This document shows, in pieces, positions 22,601 to 30,300 of a stretch of 64,000 nt of DNA. Numbering within the stretch: the stretch's first letter is position 1; the number at the start of each line of letters is the position of its first letter. The notes below the pieces were generated by a model that was given only the letters and a program-made list of their open reading frames with translations, searched no databases and was not told the DNA's origin. Source of the DNA: Cyanophora paradoxa CCMP329 (Eukaryota > Plantae > Glaucophyta); assembly GCA_004431415.1 (NCBI GenBank), contig QPMI01000114.1, forward strand, positions 62,001 through 126,000, written 5' to 3'. Both the position numbers and the translations under genes were made by a program.

Positions 22601-25600
22601 TGCAGGCGGCGTCTATGCGTAACCCTCTCACGCTCTCCAATCATGAAGCCGCATCTGCGCTCCTACTTCAAGAACATCCCCTTCACGAGCAGCACGTAAT
22701 TGCGTTCCTCCGCCTCGTAGCTCGTCGAGCCGTACACGAACGGGCCCGGACGCCAGGCCTCCCCAACTGTATTTTCATCTCTCCCCGGGCAGCCAGACGG
22801 GCCCTCCTGGACCCCGACTGCCCTCCGGAATTCATTTGCTCAAACAAAGCGACTCTCCGGCCGAACGACGTTGACTACCTCCTGCTCCCCCTCCCGCCCA
22901 TCCCCGGGCCTGATGGTCGAGCACTTCTTCGCCACTGGCGCCTGGCGATTATTTCTCCACGCACCCGAGTTATACGGGTCATTGACGGCTCCCACACGCC
23001 CTGCTCCGATGTCCTCCCCGAGCTTCAAGCCTGGGCAAACGCGTGGCAGGAGCAAGCCGGGGGCCCAGCCCCGCAATGCCCCCGCTGGTTCTGCGACGCT
23101 AGCACCCTCAACTCGCCGAGCTGGCCCGGTGCAGAACACGGCGAAGATGCCCTGCTAGTAATGGCGGCCGCGGACTACATCGCATCGGGCTACATCTCAC
23201 GCATGACTGGGGCTGCCCCCGGCAAATTATCGCGCACAATTCTCCCGGCAATCCGGCTCCGGTACGCCGCTGCTCTCTACCTTTCAGACCTCAGCCTCAC
23301 TGGACAAGGCTACAAGCCAACGAAGCCTTCCTTCCCCGCTGACTGGTCCGGGCCCACTCATGGCCACCAATCCGAATTCGAAGTGGACCTGCCAACCGCG
23401 ACGACGGCACTACCGGAGCCCCCGTCGACACCCGTACCGAGCTTTGCACCGGCACCCGCGTTCACCGACATGCCCTCACCGATACCAGAGCTTGCAGCGT
23501 GCTCGGTGTCTCCTCCCACCCCGCCACCGGTCTCCTCCGTGCAAGCACTGGCGGCGGGCCCTCAGGTGCCGCCCCCTGTGCCGCCCCTCCCTCGAACTCT
23601 CTCAGAGGCCGAGAAAGCCCTGCTTCCCCAAATCCGCATCATCTGGGGCCCAGCCCTCAACCGAGGTGACTACGCAGCGGAGCACGCCGTCGTTGGGTAC
23701 CCACGCGCTCACACTACGCCAGAGAGCCGGCCATCCCGCTCGCCGGCCCCGGCACTCTACGTCGCAGACCTCGCCTGCCTCTACACAGACCTACCCCCTG
23801 CGACAAGAGGCGGACGCACTAGATATAGGACCATCGCAAGCGCTCTACCCCGTGGAGTTCCGGATCGAGTGGTCGATGCCTTCCTCGACGTCCTGGCAGC
23901 CCGACCGGCGTGCAGCGGGGGCGACGTTTGCTTCCTCCCCACTGCAATCTCCACGGCCGGTGCAGGTGCCCAACCTCACACTCTTAACCCCGCACAGACC
24001 CTGCAATATCTGCCGCCACGACCATTACGGTCGTATCGCATGGTTTTCTTCCCCGCTCTGGTCCCGTCCCGCCTCCCGCACCGGGAAGGGGACCCAGCCG
24101 ACCACTGGGTCCTCCTCCTCATTGCCCCCAGACAACGCTCGATCAGCATCTACGACGGCGGCAACCGGAGCCGACCAGACCGGACTGCCTTAGGCCTTGA
24201 CCTTGTCCGAATTTGGCTTCGACGGGATGATGAACCCTTCGCCCCGTCTCTCTGGACATCCTTCTCGACAGATGCCTGCGACGGCCCCATTCAGATCGAC
24301 CGCTCCTCCTGCGGGATCCTTCTTCTCATGACAGCCTACGTCCTCTCTGGCGACCCGTCGACGCAGCGCCTCAGCACACTCATCAGGGATTCCCCGGAAC
24401 GGCTTAGGACCTACACCCAATTCATTGTACTTGCCCTTTACCTCGGCACCACTGACATAGGCCCTGACCCCTTTCCCACGGATCAGCTCACGCTTGCAAC
24501 TCCAGAAACAGCCTGTGCTCCACCGCTCGGCAGTCGGCGCCGGCGAACCTTGCACCGCGGTGGCACGCTGCCGACGCCGCCTGAATCTGAAGTCGGTGAA
24601 GACGGCGAGACCCGCTTAACACTTGAAGACAACTGGCAGGAGAGCGACAGCGAAGAGGGCTCCCTCGTGGCTCACTCCTGCCCTTCCTCGCCAACGCTCA
24701 TCACATTGCCAGACCCGGCAGCAGACCCCCCGCCTAAATCCGATGAAGCTGCCTTCGCCCAGGTCGTAGGGAAACTACAGAGAGAACGGAGGCTGCACAT
24801 GCCTCGCGCCGAAATTCTCTCTAACCTTACCCGCCCGGCATCGCTCCGCGCAGCTGAGGTGGCCACCCTTGCCGAAGAGGACTCGAAGCCGCCCCCACCG
24901 GCCCCCGCCCCTGACCCGACCAAGAAAGACCGTGCACGAGCCCGCCGGGCGCCGGGAGCGGAACTAGTTCCCAACCCAGCGTACGACTGTTACAACGACC
25001 AGGCCGACCGCCTCGCGAAAAGCTGCAACGATGGGCCTTCCCCTGCCCTCCTATACCTTCCCGCAGGATGCGGGTCTACTACCCCACTCATACGCTACGG
25101 CACCAAGTCTGGATCTGCGGAGCCGCCAACCGGCACAGAAAAGTACGCCGGCCACCTCTTGGCGTACCGTGTGAACGGCGACCCGCGCAAACACATGGAC
25201 GAGGAAGCTCACCTTGTGGACTTCATTCAGTGGAGCTGTCAGCTCGAAGCTGGTAGACTCCTGCGCTTCACTGGCGGCCAAATCGACGCCGCCCTCGCCC
25301 TCATGTCAGCACACCGCAAAGATGGACGCCGCAAGACCCAAGCTGGGGTTCAGCTTCGCGCGACGCGCTCAAAACTACTGACTGCATCTTTGGCCACACT
25401 GCGAGTTCGTGCTTGCACGCGCCCGGACATCTATGCGGCAATCTGCCCCGAGGGACCAATTTGCCCCCGCTGTCGCCTCGCCGAGGAAGACTTCGACCAC
25501 ATCTGGGTATGCCCTGCCGCCGCTACTGCCGTCAACACCTTTCGACTAGCCGCCCGCGAGCACATCCTCAAACACGTGATGCAGCACAAGCCGACTGGAC

Positions 25601-27174
25601 TCTGCAGCTCCTGGGAATCGCTATTCCCCTTCCTGCTAGACCCTGACATGCCCAGCCCTCCGCTCGAGTTCGCTCCGGACTGCCCACTAGGCCAAAAACT
25701 AGCAATTCTCGAAGCAGCTGACCTCCTTCACCAATTCGAATTCCGCGCTCTCTTCCAGCTTGTCGCCCCGCAAGGAATTCACGCCCTACTCCGCGCATTC
25801 GGAGTTCGAGCTCTAGCCACGACCTCGAAGCAAGCAGTGAACGGCTTGGTGCAACTGGCGGACGAACATGCACGGACCATTTGGAAAACCCGCTGCGACG
25901 CAGTCATAGCCTGGGAACAGGAACACGGCATCACGTCGGGCAAAAAACGCACCAAGCGGGCTCAGGCCTCGATGCTGGCCCAGGCCTCTACTACGCCGGC
26001 CCCGGCACCAATTCCTCTCAACCCGACTACCCGATGCTCCTCGCTCGAACGCCAACAAGTCACAATCACGGAGTACCTCGGCGGGGCAGCCCCCGCCCTG
26101 GCGGCCGAGCTGGCGACGTTCACCTGGAAGAAGCCGGAAGAGGAACCTACTCAACAGCCTCCCCGACGCAGCGCCCGCCTCCGCGAACTCGACGCGCGAC
26201 GCCCTCGCTGCGACACCTGCGGGACACGCTTTGCCTCCGCCCGTCTGTGCCTCCGCCACCTCGCTACAGGTCTCTGCGTCGACAGCGCAGCGGGAGTCGG
26301 ATTCCAGCTCGTCCGCAATCCTAGCCCCTCCCAGCCCACGCCCCCGACGAACGACCTGGAACTACCTCTTCTCTACCCCCCGCAGCCCCCCGCCCGCGTA
26401 GCAAAGCGGCCTGCGGTCACGCCTGCAGCGCCCCCAACATCAGCTAAACGCTTCAGAGACGAGCACGGGGCCCCGCAGCTCCCGCCACCGTTCACCAGCA
26501 GGCCCCCACCCGCTGGCTCCAAACGTACGGCGGAGGATGACGGGGCAGCCCCGGCCTCCAGCGCCAAACGTCGCCCAGGGATAACGCCGTCAGAACTAAG
26601 CCACCCTCCGAGCAACAAACGCAAACACGCCCCGGCCCCTCGGAAGCCCCCAGGAAAGAAACGCGGCAAGCGTGACGCCTCAGCCCCCCCACCGGACCCC
26701 ATCCCAGGGCTCCCTGCGGGCTCCATCTTCAACTTCTTTGCCCCCGGCGAATGGAATCCCGCGGCAGAAGCTACAGAGCGGCCGCCTAGCATGCGCACCC
26801 CTGCGGGCCAGGCAACCCCGAAACCCCGGAAAAAGCTCCGACACCGCCAGCCAACCCGACTGGAAGAGCGGCCCCCGCTGCCCCAGCCGCCGCCACCGCC
26901 GCCGACGCCGCTGCCGCCGCCCCCCCCCAAGCCGCACACACCTCGAAAGCCCCGCAGCATACTCCAGTACCTCCCAGACATGTGCGCAACCTGCGGCTGC
27001 CGCCGCATCCACCACGACGCGCTCACCCCTCCTGGCCCGGCCCGTCTCCCTAACCTGCTCTGCCCATCCCGGCACGCACGCCAGCTTCTCAGCTCATCAC
27101 TGCGACTGTCAGCCACATACCACTTCCTCCATGTCGACCCCTCGGGACACGACATCCTGAAATACAAGGGCTAG
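16654..27174 (+). CDS. E2 polyprotein: C-terminal part of APE, RT, split RNase H with two inserted Ulp1/C48-like protease domains, zinc fingers
   Basis: The frame is open from 16654 (DFWTTLLYDWRLTD..VTW..ARLDGV..SDHFPV, the end of APE). RT motifs RPITLQE, DIASAYDSV, GLPQGG and YADD. RNase H WTDGS..WTPAH, then NDQADRLAK. Protease HW/D/Q/C motifs. Zn finger CPRC..EDFDHIWVC. Confidence 0.93.
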   Translation, partial: DFWTTLLYDWRLTDLGTPGDVTWVKSARPHAENPETPAPQRLHTAARLDGVMASEALAARMQATRTLYTARILTAIRSDHFPVIASFNIEGLLPSLDNEGNTVRPSVRPQAQPLPPVFSYLAQPAETRVKAKMHVQTWLARSSHLVNLILRPAEHQRTHPKYPTRVKRAVHTLMHALVEAIKYAAESPDLSDAQLLQYRQRRDRAPSVFTPGTKEQDSGILLQVQGCLSAWARHADKSGPPPALAPDSANDSSSSPLHYLTQLEQTVEFHNFEVAQRPETEFHYYPVPLEAAPIFPGASDRATPEECWSRYFAAQRHMAALDAHRQGFQTDKLSRNIDARRHMLSRSSSMGQAIQILFDKFRSTVKPYLTKLVDGIVHVITAPQAVLTEYKEFFDERFWYPRDAAVTPERIRARLALHPERAEHWIRQYAPLPHVQLATFDGMTDMPDDRELSARLATTSDGAGGPSGLTNGMLKMIFFPPRLSKADRQLLTLKHSHAEVDAWASTEFWTTSRDVIKAIVKATLEGHICDHLLRGQVFTIPKRDNATDLGSLRPITLQEVLWKLVTGILTDRLDSRLEDHQVLRGPNYGFRRHESTDPVLYAVRAALEDAHDHRKPIYIGLGDIASAYDSVSWESMEASFRRLRMHEHPAGRAYIQLHAYAARHRTAAILTPHDRTEWFQVRCGLPQGGIEAPLHWRIFYDTVLTAIDEEARTANIGYRMGPLPGTPSGKLRDFAPGTTGAARPGETYRVPAGPRSFLSILAYADDTTMFADSPHTLQRFFQWLSEFLHIHNIRLNAKKSEVAFWRPDWRPSRPLTLAPIKVGLGPQAEPIGTIHQPNDAFRVLGVFFTASLDWGHQFRLLLSHARTAMHLLGPKYLSVDEFRTVLHRVIYPKLAYPMRIMTLSAARCAQLERVWSEVFRHAAGHAKSTSTPALYLLYQLRHVSTLLLQSQTLDERLRLETTYILPDSLTGQLHRQRILDTQARNGLCLLPYEYSNLIPTPRQEDTHLCLSITRALAASDHAFANWTAFAANGWVLGLSGTETKLDRRFILTSQLSPALLARAGVFLMECGLFTMAHITVRIHGEVCIPTWSELWQLCRVPYTKRKQPEWWDWLREELSEREHCDEAEGPTWPRPIRAEFCMPLLSRPLDIRQAVRTSPLIAKLTPGTPVWTSAGYLAEVVSTPLIADPDAANLDPEAAAETEKVYMVHLRHWRLDDSELRDRNEIIAGTAGEKACFVPCPAPSYCGSARLHKHLGLATDVCEWHEWATHVRVARIADAGPPGHPSKRSRRAADVPFVPPRALNRRNKPAPETLPPANLTQTLPTAAQKRLARLNKKLAFVGLPTNRQDFRLASGPRPRRIRSLPPRPVHDSESEGAEAHAQPRSIYYEVPEGAARSIWLELAPWWEEFQDEAGQLDVAEAKPPPPARREDLNPFLIPSAHRNTTNPPAALARVIEATHAPASDALATSIWTDGSTRHAGKSTAAVRTTFGVFIPAARNPQLRSTVTFSARVSGVQYNIGLGELEAVMLALTYLGKDGGTLTLDSKGTISLLLRFCLTGSSLLLRKILRSPYCDTILAIRAIVAARERAGYVPLPTLNWTPAHEPKTIPKAELEPRLAPLGPTCQPSGAAPPRMPFDATRPYVARPGPAPPPRSQPSPAEATAREYRSVYGGLNFPIAYLHDGPPDDEGRAHVYIAPQTLGKYEQYLANPEIIELAQFRTPHHLLLDLAAATPDLAAHPDKQCIIWETAIRIPKAHTRVLPDNSLVITAPADFLRRYSTWLAALPHQYRNRISLHCTSPINPIFWPEVDVSLPTTGPSRTEYWDALAVRANARRNYPLTGPPSPTGARRDQTTWLTSPPRWQLAENGSFPAEHPAWHWDEDLPLSPSDPTAAYHRCDPDRPCTSLDFVLQDWRAGPAPLCTLCHPPVLPNTPCPILPERPSHGKFTDADALRAYHPPPPTVGASAAYPNYRAAPLPPTLRQQLQAASMRNPLTLSNHEAASALLLQEHPLHEQHVIAFLRLVARRAVHERARTPGLPNCIFISPRAARRALLDPDCPPEFICSNKATLRPNDVDYLLLPLPPIPGPDGRALLRHWRLAIISPRTRVIRVIDGSHTPCSDVLPELQAWANAWQEQAGGPAPQCPRWFCDASTLNSPSWPGAEHGEDALLVMAAADYIASGYISRMTGAAPGKLSRTILPAIRLRYAAALYLSDLSLTGQGYKPTKPSFPADWSGPTHGHQSEFEVDLPTATTALPEPPSTPVPSFAPAPAFTDMPSPIPELAACSVSPPTPPPVSSVQALAAGPQVPPPVPPLPRTLSEAEKALLPQIRIIWGPALNRGDYAAEHAVVGYPRAHTTPESRPSRSPAPALYVADLACLYTDLPPATRGGRTRYRTIASALPRGVPDRVVDAFLDVLAARPACSGGDVCFLPTAISTAGAGAQPHTLNPAQTLQYLPPRPLRSYRMVFFPALVPSRLPHREGDPADHWVLLLIAPRQRSISIYDGGNRSRPDRTALGLDLVRIWLRRDDEPFAPSLWTSFSTDACDGPIQIDRSSCGILLLMTAYVLSGDPSTQRLSTLIRDSPERLRTYTQFIVLALYLGTTDIGPDPFPTDQLTLATPETACAPPLGSRRRRTLHRGGTLPTPPESEVGEDGETRLTLEDNWQESDSEEGSLVAHSCPSSPTLITLPDPAADPPPKSDEAAFAQVVGKLQRERRLHMPRAEILSNLTRPASLRAAEVATLAEEDSKPPPPAPAPDPTKKDRARARRAPGAELVPNPAYDCYNDQADRLAKSCNDGPSPALLYLPAGCGSTTPLIRYGTKSGSAEPPTGTEKYAGHLLAYRVNGDPRKHMDEEAHLVDFIQWSCQLEAGRLLRFTGGQIDAALALMSAHRKDGRRKTQAGVQLRATRSKLLTASLATLRVRACTRPDIYAAICPEGPICPRCRLAEEDFDHIWVCPAAATAVNTFRLAAREHILKHVMQHKPTGLCSSWESLFPFLLDPDMPSPPLEFAPDCPLGQKLAILEAADLLHQFEFRALFQLVAPQGIHALLRAFGVRALATTSKQAVNGLVQLADEHARTIWKTRCDAVIAWEQEHGITSGKKRTKRAQASMLAQASTTPAPAPIPLNPTTRCSSLERQQVTITEYLGGAAPALAAELATFTWKKPEEEPTQQPPRRSARLRELDARRPRCDTCGTRFASARLCLRHLATGLCVDSAAGVGFQLVRNPSPSQPTPPTNDLELPLLYPPQPPARVAKRPAVTPAAPPTSAKRFRDEHGAPQLPPPFTSRPPPAGSKRTAEDDGAAPASSAKRRPGITPSELSHPPSNKRKHAPAPRKPPGKKRGKRDASAPPPDPIPGLPAGSIFNFFAPGEWNPAAEATERPPSMRTPAGQATPKPRKKLRHRQPTRLEERPPLPQPPPPPPTPLPPPPPKPHTPRKPRSILQYLPDMCATCGCRRIHHDALTPPGPARLPNLLCPSRHARQLLSSSLRLSATYHFLHVDPSGHDILKYKG

Positions 27175-27342
27175 CAAGAAGGTCCGGGGGGGAGGGGGGG
27201 GACGGGGGGGGAGGGGAGGGGGGGGGGGGGGGGGCGCAGGTCTCGGAGCGCGGCGTCGAACTCGTCACGCTGGTCGGAGCTGGACTTCGAACGGCGGCGG
27301 CGACTGCGAGCGCACCGGCACCGCGGACCCCTTCCTCCTACC

Positions 27343-30300
27343 TAATTCAATGAATTCGCACACACCGAGACAATACGGCTAATGATAGAACTGAGGTGTC
27401 CGTAAAGTGTCAAGTCGAAAGATGAGCCTACTGGTTACGCCGGGTAGGGAACCTAACAGCCATCGGACAGGGTGGAGCTAGTCAAGGAGACGTAAACTAA
27501 AGCAAAGCTAACCCAGAGCAGAGAGCTACTACCTATACATCTAGCCTAGCTTAGGACTAGGCTACAGAGAGGACTACCCAGGGGTCTACGAGTGCTGCCT
27601 GCTAGTGCTGCCTGCCTAGGGACCGTCGGGACGTCCGGAGCTCGCGGGCTGTTCTACTGTACGGTAGGAAAGCCAGGACGGACCCGCGGTCTAATCTGCC
27701 TACTCTCGACGCGGCCGCGACTACAGTTAGCGCGGCGGGCTCCGCGTCGAGGGGGCCGCTCGCCCGAAGCGCGGGTGGAAGCACGTCGGCGTAGAGGGGC
27801 CGAGGGGAATGAGGCGAGGGGGACGTTGCGGGGAAGAAGTGGGGCGGGACGGAGAAGGTCGGCGCCGGCCGTGGCGGGGGGGGGGAGGGTCGGATTTCTC
27901 GGTCAGCAGGGCTTCCAGCCTCGAACCAGCCGCCGCACCCCGCCGCGGGCAATTGCGAGCCCCCTCCGCGGCGGTCCTTCAACCCACGGTCCTGGCACGA
28001 TGGCCGGGGTATCTGGTGGGTGCAACGACCAGCCGAAGCCTTCCGCCAAGCCTTCCGGTCCATCGTTCCCTCCCTGTCGAGGCGCGAGGAGCGTTGGCGA
28101 GGTCGTGAGTGGGAGGCAGGGCCAAGAGAGCGAGCAGGAGGGCAGAACGGGAGAGGGAGGCAAGGCAGGCGCTCGCTTGGGCGGGCCCAGCGAGTCGGAC
28201 GGGGCGGCTATATCTAGTGTGTGCGAGGCTAAGAGTAGAGCAGGGAAGTTTCTCGAGGACTAGGTATGGTGAAGTAGTAGGTAGGTGGTGTCGAGAGTCT
28301 CCTCCCGACGTAGCCCCCCCCCCCCCCCCCCCTTTCGCGCGACTCGGGTACCGTTTAGAGCGGGCTAGGATGTGGCTCCCAAGGGCGTACCTTGACGCAA
28401 TCGTAGAGCTCTTGGGCGCGGAGCGCCGCCTTCCAGCCCGCGTACTCCGGTGGGCAGTCTGCGTTCCGAGCGGCGTTGAGTAGATTGTGAAGGCGAATCG
28501 GCCCGTCGCAGGCGGCGCAGACTTCCTTACAGGTCCGGGGCCGCGGGCCCGCTCTCGGGCGCGGGCGCCCGTGCGGGGCGGGCGCGGTCGCTTCTTTGAG
28601 GCCTGGGAGACGCGGCAGTCGCGTTCCCACTCCGCGTTGATTTCGCAGCGACGTGACCAGAGGCGTCGGGCCCGCTCCAGAAGCGTCTGCCGAACGCGTT
28701 TAGCTGCGCGTGCCGCGTACCGGGGTGCAAGGTTCAGGCAGCGTGCGAGGGCGCTTTCTAGACTCTGCGGAGCAAGGCCCTGGAGCACCCAGAGGCGCGG
28801 GTACGCGTACGGCCTACCATCGTAGCTGCGCGCCTCGGCGTCGTCGTCCGCGACGCGGAGGAAGATTGGGACCAGGTCGGGGGCAAGGAGGGCTCCTGCT
28901 GGCGGCGCTGTGAGTCCGTGGGCCTCTCTGTATGCGCAGAGCAGAAGTCGGTTCAGTTCGCGAGCAGTCTCCGCGCGGTGCGCGACCGCATGCGGACCCG
29001 GGCACAGGAAGACGTGCGGGAAAGTTTCAGTCGGGCCTGCGGTAAGAGCCGTCGGTGCCCGGTTCGGGCGGCTGGGGCCCGCTGCTGGTTGGGCATGCGA
29101 GGCCTCTGGTGCAGTCTGGCTGTTCTGTGAGGCTGTCGGGCCGCTAGTCTCTGCACGAGGGAAAGGCGTTCTGGTGGCGCAGCCCGCACAGCGTCCCCCA
29201 GGGTTGCAGGCGGCGTAGAGTTCCTTCTGGTCACGTACCCGGGCTTCGTTCGCTGGTAGCGAGCTACAGAGCAGCTGCGTCCGAAACTTGAATAGCGCGT
29301 TGCGGGCTCCATTGGCGCCTTGGAATCGGGAGCCTACGCTCGTTTCCGCATATAGCCCTGCTATGTCTGCGCCGTCGGCGCCTCGGCGCAGGAGCGCGCC
29401 AGCCAGCGGTTGTTGGGTCCAGGCAAAGTGCGTCTGGTGCTCGTGAAGTGCGTCCATGTGTGCCTTGGGGTCCCCTTCCACCCGTCGTGTGCGCCCGTCG
29501 GGGTCGCTGATGGTGAGCACCGCAGGCATGCTGAAGGCCGGCGGCAGAAAGAGAGGTTCATGCCGGTTTTCGTCCGCCAGATCCAGGTCGGCCGCCACGT
29601 TCGCTCCGGCGTCCGCGATGTCGTTGTGGGGGTCGCGGGCGTCGCCCTTCGCGTGCGCTTTGACTTTGACGAGTTTGAGCGGCCGCCCGCGCTCCTCTAG
29701 CATTGTCCTGAGCTTGCTCCATGCGTACAGTTCCGCGGAGCAGGCGTGCCGGATGTATTCCGCGGGCTGCGGCAGCTCGCGTGCTGGACGAAATCGGAGT
29801 ACCAGCGGATCGCGTTCATGTTGTCGACGTGTAGAACCGCTCCGAAAGGCGAGAGCAGGTCAGCCATGAGCACCGCCTGGAGTTCCGCCTTGTTGATCTC
29901 CTGCAGGCCCCGGAGCCGGGCAAAGAAGTCCGTGAGGATACCCGGCGGGTGCAGGCTTGCGCCAGTTCTGAGGTCCGTTTCCGGCCAGTGTACTGCGTAG
30001 CCCGCGCGAGCGTTAACCGTCTGGCCCTCTTTCAGGCTCCCGTCCGTCCAGGCGTACGCTGGGGCGTCGGCCACGTATGAGCCGCCGGACGCCGCCTCGG
30101 CCTCCAGGTGCTCTTTGCGGTAGCGGGCTTCGAGGCCCTTCCAGGTCTCCAGGTATGCAACCCAACTGTACGGATCGGCCTGATAGTAATATAGCTCGCG
30201 CGCCTCCTTGTTGGAGCTGACCGGGGGCGCTTCATCTTGCGGCAGGGGGGCAAGTCGGGCGGGTTCGCCTCGAGCGTGGCGAGGTGAGCGGCGTCGGGCT

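Noticed and set aside
21463-24993. The insert as an intein or an independent nested transposon
   Set aside because: No C/S start with HN-C/S/T end, no TIRs or clear TSD, and no transposase. Only a weak AEL-x-P echo at both ends.
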